Of a stretch of 64,000 bases of DNA, positions 35,055 through 46,126 are shown piece by piece. This DNA comes from Epithemia pelagica (lineage: Eukaryota > Protista > Bacillariophyta): contig OX337230.1 of NCBI GenBank assembly GCA_946965045.2, positions 3,100,001-3,164,000 of the forward strand, in the 5' to 3' direction. Under the pieces are notes generated by a model. The model had not been told where the DNA came from. It worked only from the letters and a program-made list of their open reading frames with translations, and ran no database searches. The translations under genes and the position numbers were made by a program. How positions within the stretch are numbered: the stretch's first letter is position 1; every line of letters starts with the position of its first letter.

Positions 35055-35970
35055 ACCGGGAAAGAAAAACATCGTGGCCGACTACCTCTCACGTAACTTT
35101 GAAAACGATGCAGACGGCACTACTCACACCATACATCGCTTGTTTGCATCGCAGATACCCAGGAATTTTCAAGTCTTCCAGTTGCCACACGAAATCGTCT
35201 CCTGGATCTCCTCGGTCGCTCCGCTGCGACCCGCATCTTCTTTGGAAAAGTGGAATCAAGCCACGAATCCGGAGACAGGACATGGCGACGATGGACGGAC
35301 CACCTTAGATTCCTCCGACACGACACCGACCCCTTTTTGGACAAGGTCCAAACCATCCAAGGACGACTCACAATCGTGGCAACATTCCTCCAACGACTCC
35401 GCGACGGCGATTGGGATCGACGCACAAGTCACGGACCTCTTCGTGCATCGACTGTCGAGAAAACCCTTGGCGAGCTGGCGGCGGCTTTCCGGCGTAACAA
35501 CAGGGCAAGCCCCGCCCACCTCCAAGGTAGCAACAATTTCCACCCTCTTATCGCATCCCTTAAGAAGGGATGGAAGAACCTGGACCCACCGGAGAAAAGG
35601 GAAAAGGCAGTCACAGCGAACCACCTCCGGCACCTTTGGCGAATTGCGTGCACCCCCATTCCACAGGACGCCACCAACACCACCTCGATTCCGACGGAGA
35701 CCGACAAAACCAGAACGCGATCGGAGACCACACGACCGAGAGGAGACAACGACTTCGAAACCTCCTCATTCAGGGCTTGCAATGCCGACATCCTCTGTGG
35801 AGGATACTTCTACGCAACGAGGAGTTGCGAAGTATCCACCGTCAAACAGCGAGGAAAAACGAAACTCCTCACCATCGCGAACATCTCGTTCAGCAGGAGA
35901 GACACATCCAGATCACAGATCGACGCCCGAGACAAAAACTTCTACACCGAAGCCCACTACGTGTCGGTAA
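35055..35970 (+). CDS. YR element ORF2, 3' part (end of RNase H plus extension overlapping the recombinase)
   Basis: Removing 29693-35054 restores HAEHVPGKKNIVADYLSR and a continuous 1228-aa ORF. Confidence 0.85.
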
Positions 35971-36635
35971 CATTCATCTCGCAGAAACACGATGTACCCC
36001 ACGAGACACGAACACAATCAAGGACAACCGACCCAATTCTTTGCCCCGTCAAGATATGGGGACGAATCATTCGACGAATTTATTTCAACTGCCCCGATGC
36101 GCCACCAGACACGCCGGTGAATTGTTGGTTCCCTCCACCAGCACCCAATGACCCAAATCCGAGACCAAGATTCATCCGCGCCGAAGATAGCCTGCAACTT
36201 CTACGCGAAACTTGTGTCGATCCAAAGACAGGACGACGACTCTTTGGATACCAGCCGAGCGAAATCGGCACCCACTCGATACGTTCTGGAGCAGCCATGG
36301 CCTTGTTCCTCTCTCCTGGCATATCGGTCCTTCGAATCATGATTCTTGGAAGGTGGCAATCAGCCGCTTTCATGAACTATATCCGACCCCAAGTCATGGA
36401 ATGGACAGCGGGGATGTCCATCGCCATGCTCTCCACCCCTGACTTCACCCACGCCGACCCCACAACTGCTCCGACGTCCAAACCAAACCTCCCCAACCGC
36501 TCCAAAATGACCTTCAACGATGTCGAGACGATCCAAAACAACATTGAGAGTGCAATCGAGTCTCCAGAGGAGCTGAAATTCAATGGCTCAGTGGCGACAG
36601 CTTCCTTCGACCGTCAACTCAATCTCGAATTCTAA
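35250..36635 (+). CDS. Tyrosine recombinase of the YR element
   Basis: Catalytic set present: R (ATRSCE), K (QKHD), HxxR (THSIRSGAA), ILGRWQS, Y (MNYIR). Overlaps ORF2 by about 720 nt in another frame. Confidence 0.9.
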   Translation: MESSHESGDRTWRRWTDHLRFLRHDTDPFLDKVQTIQGRLTIVATFLQRLRDGDWDRRTSHGPLRASTVEKTLGELAAAFRRNNRASPAHLQGSNNFHPLIASLKKGWKNLDPPEKREKAVTANHLRHLWRIACTPIPQDATNTTSIPTETDKTRTRSETTRPRGDNDFETSSFRACNADILCGGYFYATRSCEVSTVKQRGKTKLLTIANISFSRRDTSRSQIDARDKNFYTEAHYVSVTFISQKHDVPHETRTQSRTTDPILCPVKIWGRIIRRIYFNCPDAPPDTPVNCWFPPPAPNDPNPRPRFIRAEDSLQLLRETCVDPKTGRRLFGYQPSEIGTHSIRSGAAMALFLSPGISVLRIMILGRWQSAAFMNYIRPQVMEWTAGMSIAMLSTPDFTHADPTTAPTSKPNLPNRSKMTFNDVETIQNNIESAIESPEELKFNGSVATASFDRQLNLEF

Positions 36636-36704
36636 AGACGATTCAAAAGATCCAGTTCTGACGCCCCAACGATTTCGATCAGTCGCCCATCAAGTTCAAT
36701 GGTG

Positions 36705-36865
36705 TTGGGAGCCATCTCGGTTTCCCTCTGGGCCTTTACGGCAACTTGCGACTACTCCTATCCCTACAGTCCGTAGCAAGTTCCGACAGAAGATGAGAAC
36801 GAGAAGAAGACACGCGCACAAGTACAACGAGCTGTCAGGATGGGTTCGTTGGGTTCCACCCATCG
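36705..36865 (+). repeat. Split direct repeat B1
   Basis: Matches 37087-37247; the only difference seen is C36749 versus T37131, at a CpG. Confidence 0.95.
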
Positions 36866-37069
36866 TTACCAGTCCTGATCGAGCGAGGCGTGGCGATGGC
36901 GCTGGCACTGCACTGAGCGGGCGCGCCGCACAGGCGTGGGCGCGATCTCCCCCAAGATGTGAAGAGCAAGGAGAGGAAGAGCTCACAATCTTTGGTTTGT
37001 GCAGAGTCCCAAGCCATCACACACAGAGACTTGTAAGCGAGTCTCTAGCGTAGTCATCTCTAACAAAAA
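36866..37069 (+). repeat. Split direct repeat A2
   Basis: Directly abuts B1; no difference from A1 seen. Confidence 0.95.
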
Positions 37070-37086
37070 TAACCCCCTACCCGCCC

Positions 37087-37247
37087 TTGGGAGCCATCTC
37101 GGTTTCCCTCTGGGCCTTTACGGCAACTTGTGACTACTCCTATCCCTACAGTCCGTAGCAAGTTCCGACAGAAGATGAGAACGAGAAGAAGACACGCGCA
37201 CAAGTACAACGAGCTGTCAGGATGGGTTCGTTGGGTTCCACCCATCG
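37087..37247 (+). repeat. Split direct repeat B2
   Basis: Separated from A2 by a 17-nt C-rich spacer. Confidence 0.95.
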
Positions 37248-37461
37248 GGAGGAAGGAGGTAGCACTGTTTGATTCTCCTAGAGAACTGATGTCCGTTCTT
37301 CGTCCGTAAAACAAGTAGAATAGAGCAAGCTCCACATCGTACTACCTACCACCACTCTACTCGTGCTCGACTGGACAAGCTGTCTGCTGGAAAAACCGAA
37401 GGAAAGAGGAAAGCGTCTGCACAGTTTATCGTAATGGTGGCAGCGGACGCTTTGGCCCAGG

Positions 37462-38902
37462 ATGTTCTTCGTTCTTCCGGCAAACGCCGTCATCACCCAA
37501 AAGGTTTTAAATACCACCAACGGTATGCATTTGCCGCTGCGAACTGGCTCGACGAAGATGTACATTCGCGATAGCTACAACGATTTGGCCAGGTTGGTAA
37601 TGGAAAGCTGGCAGACTTTGCAAGGCGTTTTTCTAAGCGGAACTCCTGTTGTTGGAAAGTCTTTCTTTTTGAATTACTTCCTCATTCGCATGCTCGGTCA
37701 AGGGAAGAAAGTCCTTTTCGTAAACATGGGAGACGGTGTAGCAAAGCTTTACAACAACTTTGACGCGAACCCCGAAGAAAAAGCCTGGGTGTATTATGCC
37801 TCGGATTGGACTTCGTTCCACCAGCTTGCCGACGCTGCGGATTATGTCCTCATCGAGCCTCCTGAAGACTCGGCAAAATCTCAGGAGATGACTTTGAACC
37901 ATTTGCGAGGGAAGAAGTTCCTGGTTGCTTTGTCGCCAGACCACGAAACTTGTAAGGAGCTGACGAAGACTACAGAAAGCCAGACCTGGCTGTACATGGG
38001 GCCGCTCTCACAAACTGAAGCATGCGATATGCGCCAGACGTGCTACACAGAAGTTACAGCGTCATTTCAAAAAACGACAGGAAGCAGCGGGCGGGATTCC
38101 GCGAGTTCTATATCAGAGTGAGCCGCCTGCTGGATAGCAGGATTCGGCATTGAAGAAACATAACGAAAAGCTTACCGCAGCAATCAAGCTTGCTGTCGAA
38201 CAACCGACTCTGATTGATGCGGGAATTGTCGCTTCCCAATTCAAGCATCTTTGGTCGTTGTATCATCTTGTGCCGGAGTCAAACGGCGCGTACGATTCAT
38301 ACACAATTGAGGTTTGTGGGGATGGACCGCTTGCAACCTTGAAACGGCGCCTTTTGGAGTTCAAAGTTCAGGAGCTATGGGATATGTACGCGCAGACCCA
38401 CTCGAACATGGGAACACTTCGTGGTATCCGCTACGAGGCCTACGTCCACAAACGCATTTTAGCCCATGGTCTCGAAGCCACGGCTTGCAAGCTTGGTGTT
38501 GCAGTCGTGTTATCTAAAAACGTTCCCGCCAATCTTCTACAGTTGAATATTCCAGTGAGTACCAATCGACACTACCTCGAAGATAATGATGTGGCTAGCA
38601 AGCTTGCGACAGCAATTCACAATGCGTCGTCGAAAGGGGCGTATCTTGTGCCCCGTCTCCCGAATTTCCCGGTTCTGGACTCAATTTATGTTCCACCATC
38701 GTCCGATTCTTCCATCAAGGTTGGTTTTCAAATAAAGGCAGGAAATTCGAAACCGCTGAGTGCTGACAAAGTCCCGTCCATCGTTTCTACTTTTGGCTCA
38801 TCGATGGTGGTCGTTGTACCCCACGAATATGTTTTGACCAAGCGGTTACAAGGACCGGCTGCTTTACAGCAGTATTTGCTCATTCTCAATCAAGGTGATT
38901 AG
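37462..38902 (+). pseudogene. Crinkler (CRN)-like NTPase plus PD-(D/E)xK nuclease, disrupted
   Basis: Altered Walker A LSGTPVVGKSFFL. A frameshift in the A-run 38069-38074 restores AAGGIPRVL, followed by an in-frame TAG at 38135-38137. C-terminal NFPVLDSI...GFQIKAG nuclease-like motif. Confidence 0.65.
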
Positions 38903-39062
38903 GACAATAGCGATAGTGACCACCAGATGGAAGAATAAGAATAAGCTGTTTGGGGAGATATTTCGACGATGGATGACAACTGGCAGAGTTGCTTTCTTCG
39001 CACAGTTCCTGCCGCAAGACAACCAACACTTTAAAACCCATCACGTAACGAACGAAGCCGCG

Positions 39063-39320
39063 CGAAGGATCAGTGGTGATATCCGCATTCTTGGTCTCTC
39101 CCTTGAAGCCATCCATGGGAAGTATCCTGTTGTCAGCAGACTTTGGCACGTAGTAACTGATTACCCTTGAAATGTTGCCGCCGACGCTCCAATTTTCAAC
39201 AGGGTCAAATTCTACGACGAGTGACACCGGTACACCCTGTGTCGCCAATGCGTTGGCAAATTTGCTGCTTTCGTTTCCACCCCCAGGGAGTGCCCGACGA
39301 TGACGACCGGGTAGGAGACT
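39063..39320 (-). pseudogene. Fragment of a bacterial-type alpha/beta-hydrolase-fold protein
   Basis: YPVVIGHSLG (GHSLG at 39295-39281) frameshifts into GNESSKFANALATQGVPVSLVVEFDP...NISRVISYYVPK...GFKGETKNADIT. Confidence 0.5.
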
Positions 39321-40149
39321 TTCTTTCGGCAAGCGAAGACATGATAGATTGACTTAGTATTAGTTTGATGATGTTCTGTAGCCTTTCTATTCTAAATACA
39401 TGTTATGATTCCTATCCACATACCATGTTGTGGTTGAAAGTATCAGCAGCATCCCTCTTACCCCGCATGGTCCTAACTCCCAAGAGAGGCTAAACTTCCA
39501 CGAAAGCGGTCTGCGATGGGCTCGTAGCTCCTGCGTCCCCTTTTCTGGAGCTATGGTAAACATTACGCTTCTTTTGGTTTTCCCTCGAGTGAGATTGATA
39601 GCTTACAAAGCCTCATGACCCGATTCGAGTCGGAGGCCCGAGTCTCTGTGGGACTTCGAAATTTGAGCTTTCCTGCTACATCGCGCCTCTTCACGGCCCC
39701 AATGCAGAGAGATACAGATTCTGATGCTCTAGAACTAGAAAGAATATTCGGCATTTGAAACCATTTGAATACCACAAAGTTGTTACACTAAAGCTCCTCG
39801 ATTGGACGAGTAATAGAGGGAGTCGGAAGATCACAAAGTGTTGGTAGTCGCCATAGCCACGCAGTCCGTTCATTCTCTGTTTGGCTGCATCTGTCCGCGC
39901 AGGTCGGACATATTTATGGGTGGTCCTCTGCGAAATTCCGCGCCAGCCAGAAAGGTGGCACAAAAATGGGCCTAAACGGACACGCACATGCGTGACAATA
40001 CCATTCACAACAAAAACGTGGAAGCTGGAGTCGAACCGCATGGCCGAGCCCTCCAAGTTTCTCTCGGGTCCAGAGTTCTGCACTGGCAAAAGTGAAGTCC
40101 ATCATATCCAACGACAGCAGAGCAACGTTGGTATCATTGAAAGAACAAC

Positions 40150-41003
40150 ATGATTGTCGAAGAAAAGAATGTACGCTTTGAAGAAGACAAACCCCGGAGA
40201 GGTTGGTTCTTCCGCCGCAGCAACCGAAGGAGTCCCAAAACGCCAGAGGCTGAGCAAAATGTCTCCATCTTGTCGGATCAATACAACAAGTTTAATAAGA
40301 CGGCCGAAGACAATCCAGAATTGCAAACCAGAACGATGGTCGTGCACCCCCGTGCTAAGAGCAAGCATGAGTTCAGATCAAAGAAAGAATACGTCTTGGA
40401 TAGGCCGCCTCCCGCTCGTGAGGCTGCCTTCGGCGGACCAGTTCGATATGACTGGATCGACATTGTAAGTCGCCCTTAGCTACGAATCATACGCGGGCCG
40501 AAATATTGACTCTTCGACAAGTCGTCATGGGTTACAAGTTACAAAGGCGTATCGCGTCATGATCTCTCAAGAAACGCAAAGGTCCCATTTTTCATCGTGA
40601 GCATAACGGCTCTATAACGCTCTAGACTTCTCACATTTTTCTTTGTGGTTTTCAGGAAACAACAGCTGCAATCAAGGTGCAAGCAGCATACAGACGAAAC
40701 AAAGTAATGAACGATCTGGAAAGACAAGGTATTAGTACAGGCGCGATCAGAAATCGTGCTCGGCGTCGAAACGCGGCAGCGTCCAGTAATTTCTTTGCTT
40801 GTTGTGGATCCAATTTCACCTTTGCCGACTTTAGTGCCGATGACAGAGAGGCACATCGCGAATATCAAAAGCTCGTTTACCAAGAACAAAAGAAAGCAAG
40901 ATACTCTCATGAAGAGCAACTTCGACTGGGGTTCAGTAAGATGCATCGGATGCGCCAGGCAGAGAAGAACCTCGTGGACGAAGCGTTTGAAGTAGTGGAA
41001 TAA
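40150..41003 (+). CDS. IQ-motif-containing hypothetical protein; exons 40150-40464 and 40656-41003
   Basis: A GT-AG intron joins in frame to give ETTAAIKVQAAYRRNKVM, an IQ-like calmodulin-binding motif. Confidence 0.6.
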
Positions 41004-41432
41004 ATATGGGACATCACTACACCTCCAGTCAGACGATCAATTCTATTTTCATAATTGCGATAACCAAAAAGTTGCGATGGGAGAAAGACGATTATTCTCT
41101 CGTCCAAGACCATGTATCGACGCAATAGACTTGACTCAATTCAGTTGTACACTAATGAACACTTCTATAATCAACTAAGACGAATGTGTCACGGGAATCT
41201 TTCATCTCTTGTGTTGTTAGTCCAACGGTGGGATGGTATGGTACAGGAACAACCCAGGCTCCGGTTTGGGGCTTGATTCGATAGGAGAGGGTAAATTGTC
41301 ATAGAACAGGAATCGACTGTGACAATAACTGTTGTTGAACCAATTTGGGAACAGCCTTCGAAGCATTACGTCTCCAAAGTGCAAGCCTCGAGTAAAAATC
41401 AGGTGCATGGAGTGTACAATGTATCTTTTCCT

Positions 41433-43028
41433 TTATGGCCGAGGGTTGTCGTTGTCGTCCAATAATTCTCCTTGTTGTTGAGGGAAGAGTATTTGACTCA
41501 AGTCAGTTTTGAGGACTTTGATCATACGCGATGCGCAATCATTCATTCCATACGTTATGATCGCCATGGACGGGTCATCTACCGCGTCAACGATGCTCAT
41601 CACAAACGTTATGTAGGGGCAATTGAGGGGGCGACCAACCGTATAGGAATGATTGCGGACCAACCATAGATTGGGATTGTCCAACCCTTCGTCGTGGTCT
41701 GGAAAGCCAAGGCAAAACCCCCCTGATCGAGCCACAACTCGATAGGGTGGAACGGGTTCAAAGGCATACAGGCGACTCGTATACTGTCGACTCGTAAATG
41801 AAGCGTTTGGTAGGTATTTCGAAACCGAAAACGGAACTTTTGTATGACTGATTCCGACAAGCAACTGGGAGGATTTTCGTTCCACGTCGCGTTGGTCTGG
41901 GAGGGAAATGCAGCACGCGGAACCCCGTTCTTCCATGAATGGATATGCTTTCCCGTGTTGGTGAAAGTATGCCTCGTCAAAGCTCCGAAAACTAGCCTTG
42001 GGCAGACTTTGAGTCATAAAGAGACTCCCACTTGCCAGCTGGTCCATAGAGGAATTCTCATTGAGCGATGTTTGGTGAATTGTCTTGCATACAGCACTGA
42101 CATTGACTTTCTCTACAATGCGTGGCCCCATGGGATAAATTTGAACCATTAGCCTCCCAGATGAGTCTTCAAAGTAATTGAAATTCTTTCCTTGGCGGTA
42201 CAGAGATGTAGCACAAGAAGCATGTATGCCTTGATGCACCGAAAAGTGTCCCCGTGACAGTCGTGAACGAAGAGTGAGAGTAGGGATATTGGACGGCGTG
42301 GCATTTCTGTTGATCCAAATGGGCCATATCAATGTTTTTCTGCCAAGATAGAGTTGGCCACGAAAATTGTACAGACGATTATCTTCACCGTGCTTGACAC
42401 TTGCTTCAGCTAAAATGTTGAGTTCCGCATCCAGGATGGCAAAGACAGCCATTTGTAGGGGCCCTTTACCACCCAACGTTAGATTGTGCTCCAATAAAAA
42501 GTCGGGGTCGAGACAAGCGTGAACGCTGGAGACGCGATAAACAGCCAAGTACAACGAGTCCTTTTGGATTCGTGGGTCCCGTAACTGAGCAATATCAGGG
42601 ACTTGATCCGCTGGAAGATGCACTATTGAAGGATTATATTCCCATACAAAGGTCTTGGTTTCATTGGCGACCCGTCGAAAGTAAGAGGATGCATTGTTGC
42701 GATCTATCCATGGAAAACGAAACGTGGATGGAACGGAGTTTAGATAGTGTGTTTTGGCATGAACAGCCTTGGGAGCCGCACGATCCGTCATCCATATTGC
42801 GTCCTCCTCCTTGAAGCTGGTGGCTGTCAATTCGTCTTTTTCCTGTGGAATAGATCCGCTGGCTTGTCGTGCAGCAATATCTTGTGTACTCGCCCGATAT
42901 TCATGGAATGGGACAACTAACAGCAACCACCGAACGTGTACGGCCACAGACACAAGAACGAGCAGTTTGCTCCACGACGAAGCTGTGAATTTCATTGTGC
43001 GTGTTTTGTTTCTCTTGGCGTGGCGCAA
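41433..43028 (-). CDS. Type II membrane protein with a predicted five-bladed beta-propeller (GH130/beta-mannosyltransferase-like)
   Basis: N-terminal TM helix; motifs WEYNPSI, GEDNRLY, GKNFNYF, RGSACC, GISH, ITFVMSI, ITYGMNDC. Confidence 0.55.
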   Translation of the reverse strand: MRHAKRNKTRTMKFTASSWSKLLVLVSVAVHVRWLLLVVPFHEYRASTQDIAARQASGSIPQEKDELTATSFKEEDAIWMTDRAAPKAVHAKTHYLNSVPSTFRFPWIDRNNASSYFRRVANETKTFVWEYNPSIVHLPADQVPDIAQLRDPRIQKDSLYLAVYRVSSVHACLDPDFLLEHNLTLGGKGPLQMAVFAILDAELNILAEASVKHGEDNRLYNFRGQLYLGRKTLIWPIWINRNATPSNIPTLTLRSRLSRGHFSVHQGIHASCATSLYRQGKNFNYFEDSSGRLMVQIYPMGPRIVEKVNVSAVCKTIHQTSLNENSSMDQLASGSLFMTQSLPKASFRSFDEAYFHQHGKAYPFMEERGSACCISLPDQRDVERKSSQLLVGISHTKVPFSVSKYLPNASFTSRQYTSRLYAFEPVPPYRVVARSGGFCLGFPDHDEGLDNPNLWLVRNHSYTVGRPLNCPYITFVMSIVDAVDDPSMAIITYGMNDCASRMIKVLKTDLSQILFPQQQGELLDDNDNPRP

Positions 43029-44245
43029 TTGACTGCCAATGTGGGGGTAGAATCCATTGTGAACTCATGTGATGAATGGGCGGTTGTGTGGAGATATTTG
43101 TGTTGCGTGTGATGCGATGGTGAGGACGCCCTGCGCTCGTCCAAATGTGGAGTCCAACGGACGCGCGACAAGCGTTCCCATGCCATTTAACCGCACATGA
43201 GTCGTTGATATATTCCAGGTGGTCTTTACGAGTATGTTCTTGCCGACGATACAAGAAGTAAATCGACTTGTCTTCTTTGTTCACCAGCGATGGATACTTT
43301 ATGCTGTCATTGCACGGTCTCTCACGATGGTAGTTACTCTTTCCGATTGGAACGGATGGGACGCTTGTTCCGTTTGAACACAAATACATCGACATGGAAG
43401 AAATGTGATGCCGAGTCCATTGTGGTGGTCGACGTTGCATCTTTGTGCGACAGAGGCATGCGTGTATGGGAAACGGTTCGTGGAAGGTCGGATCGTTGGT
43501 TTCTGAAACCACAATCACCACACTCGTAGAAACATCCAATGATTTCGCCCGTCATGTGTTGATTCGGAACATGTCTGTGTGTGTGAAGGGAAGACTCCGC
43601 AGGGAATACCCATGCATTGGGACACACTGCGATCGTTGAAGATGCTACATAGGAGTCAGTCGAAAGAAAGAAACGTGGTTCCTGTCCAAAGCGTTTAGTT
43701 TTTTGTTTTCCCATCATTGGCTCGTCGCCACCCGTCATCGGATAGGAGGACTATGTGTATCCCATCTTTTTTCTTCTCACATTCTCATTAACTCCTACAC
43801 CAAAGAACTTTCTCCATAGAAGCCGTTGGTCGAATCTCAAAAGATCCGACATGCTGCTTCCATGTCATCACCAAATCCAGGACGGACGAATAGTTCCCCC
43901 AACACGCGGGCAAGACGTGAAATTTTGAAACTCCATCCAATCCCAATCCGTTTCATGGGATTGTGGGACTTATGTCTTCTTCCGATTTCTATTCCTTACT
44001 CGTATGCTCGTACCGTTGTCGTTTGGGGGAAGGGGGGCAGCCGTTACCATGATTGACGGGCGACCGCAGATCGAACTCGATTCTCACATAATTTTTGGCT
44101 CGACCCCACAAAATTACCTGCTTTCCCACACGGATTTTTTGGAGTAGTTCGTCGGAAGCGCCAATGTCAATCTAAAAGAGACACAAAACAACCCCCACGA
44201 GAGTAATAACACTCGTCCTTCCAACACTTTATCCTGTCCTTCACC

Positions 44246-46126
44246 ATGACCATTCGTCGTGCTGAACGACAACGATATCCCTGGCGAAAAGCGTCCACTG
44301 CCACGTGCTTGCGGAGTGACGACATGGCCTCGTTGGAGGAGGAGGAGGAGGACTCCGTGACTGATACCGTTCCGCAACCAGACGACGTGGACAAGCCACC
44401 AGCACCCGTGGGAGAGTTTTTTCAACTGGATGCTCGTCTCGAGCCGTATCCATGGCATGCCACGCATGGAAACGTGTTTGGTTCCTCCCCTCTGGGAGGA
44501 GAAACCCAAGGAGGTTCAGAGTCTTTGATTTTGCAACGACTCGAGCGTGCTTCCTGCAAGGCAAGTCATCACCCACAAAAGAGAATCATGGACCATGAGG
44601 AACGGGCCCCAAGGCAAGAACTCTACAGCGCTCCGACCAAATTGTTTTCCGTTGAACAACAAGACTCTCCCACGGAGGGATCTTTGTCACCCGCAGATCC
44701 CCATTCATGGAGACACTTTGAAGACGCTTTCTTCTCGACATCAAACCAAACTCTGGATCGAGACTTTGTTCCTTCTCGTCGAGCTCAGTCGCTCAACGAG
44801 ATATCGGTGCGGTTTCCCACCAATCATAGTCCACCGCCGCCCCGTGCATCGTCCTGGCAAACCAAGCGGACCAGCCGTCGGAGCTTTCCCGACCAACCAT
44901 CGGAACACAGTAATCGCCCCGTCACGATGGAGGACCTGCAACAATGGAGGTCCTCGAGTGTGTTGGGGACCGATGCCAAGTGGTCCAATCTCTTGGGGCG
45001 ATCCAGTCCACGAGCGCGCAGTCAAGAACGCTCCAAGGCCATGCCACAGCGTCCATCCTCATCTCCTCGCAAACAACCGCCCAAGACGCCTTCTACTACT
45101 ACCATGGCTCCTGCTCCGCGCAAGGCAAATCACACTTCTGTCATGACAACGGCGTCGACGGAAAAACCGCAGGATACCTTGACTGGTATGGATACCTTGA
45201 TGCAACGAACAAAGGGTATGGACCGTTTGCGACGATACCAATCTCTGGGTGACGATAGATTTTTAAAAGCCTATTGGCAGCAGCAACCAGAGGAGGACCG
45301 GGAGCCAATGGCACCAACCCGAGCTGGTTCCGAACCATCGGCCACAAGTCTCGGTTGCCACAACACGCGACTGCGTCGTTTCCAGGGACTGCGCATTCGA
45401 AACAAGAACAAGGAACCTCAGTCAAGTCCAAGTAGCACCAATCACAAAAAGAGTGGTGCAATCCACCAAAGCCGTCCGGAAAAGTCATTGTCGTCGCCTC
45501 CTCAATGGCCCCAGTTCTTGTCGTCTCTGCGACGTGCCGCCGTGCGAAGAAAGGGTACCAAAGCGAATACCTCTCCGGAAGCATTGCCCACGAACCAACC
45601 GGTGGATGACACGGAGGATGACGCATCCATGTCGTCCGTTTCGACAGTGACCACCCCTCCCTTGACACTGCCGTCGTCTCGACACGGCAGTAGTAACAAG
45701 ATTGTAGATGACGAACCAGTGTATCCTCCCGTTTCCAAACGGCGCACTCCGGCGCCTCTACGATCCTCCTGGGAGGATTCCCTGCTCCCCTTTGTGTGCG
45801 ATAGTGGTGTAAAAGATGAGGGTTCCATTACTGCCAACAATTGGATTCTCGCCAAGCTCGTCGAGATGGCTTCGTGTGGGTCTCATACCACCCACCGTGC
45901 CTGGGACCAACAAGAACAACTGTACCGCGACTACTTTACCCAGAAAGGCCACAACCACGAAAACGAGCAGGATGCGGATGACAATGTCACGGCCAAGACG
46001 AGTAGTACCAGTGGTATGAGTTCCGTCACCGAAGACGACGATGACGACTTTGGAGCAACTCCCTCGTCGAATCCTTTGGAGATGTGTCCTCTGCCTTTGG
46101 CTCCAGTGTGGAACTGCAGTAGCTAA
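44246..46126 (+). CDS. Hypothetical low-complexity (S/T/P/R-rich) protein
   Basis: 626-aa uninterrupted ORF; no domain recognised. Confidence 0.6.
   Translation: MTIRRAERQRYPWRKASTATCLRSDDMASLEEEEEDSVTDTVPQPDDVDKPPAPVGEFFQLDARLEPYPWHATHGNVFGSSPLGGETQGGSESLILQRLERASCKASHHPQKRIMDHEERAPRQELYSAPTKLFSVEQQDSPTEGSLSPADPHSWRHFEDAFFSTSNQTLDRDFVPSRRAQSLNEISVRFPTNHSPPPPRASSWQTKRTSRRSFPDQPSEHSNRPVTMEDLQQWRSSSVLGTDAKWSNLLGRSSPRARSQERSKAMPQRPSSSPRKQPPKTPSTTTMAPAPRKANHTSVMTTASTEKPQDTLTGMDTLMQRTKGMDRLRRYQSLGDDRFLKAYWQQQPEEDREPMAPTRAGSEPSATSLGCHNTRLRRFQGLRIRNKNKEPQSSPSSTNHKKSGAIHQSRPEKSLSSPPQWPQFLSSLRRAAVRRKGTKANTSPEALPTNQPVDDTEDDASMSSVSTVTTPPLTLPSSRHGSSNKIVDDEPVYPPVSKRRTPAPLRSSWEDSLLPFVCDSGVKDEGSITANNWILAKLVEMASCGSHTTHRAWDQQEQLYRDYFTQKGHNHENEQDADDNVTAKTSSTSGMSSVTEDDDDDFGATPSSNPLEMCPLPLAPVWNCSS

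Larger units (their letters stand above)
23594..37247 (+). mobile_element. Tyrosine-recombinase (DIRS order) retrotransposon, Ngaro/PAT type with split direct repeats A1-gag-RT/RH-YR-B1-A2-B2; 13.65 kb including a nested copia
   Basis: A repeats 23594-23797 and 36866-37069 (204 bp); B repeats 36705-36865 and 37087-37247 (161 bp). Three ORFs. No methyltransferase domain recognised. Confidence 0.9.

Noticed and set aside
39455-39530. ATGGTCC...CTCCC...GCGATGGG resembling an HDV-like ribozyme
   Set aside because: No P1 helix partner and no G at the cleavage position; the pseudoknot cannot be built.
43200-43660. Coding-looking fragments in several frames
   Set aside because: Multiple stops and no recognisable motif; it may be a relic but cannot be supported.
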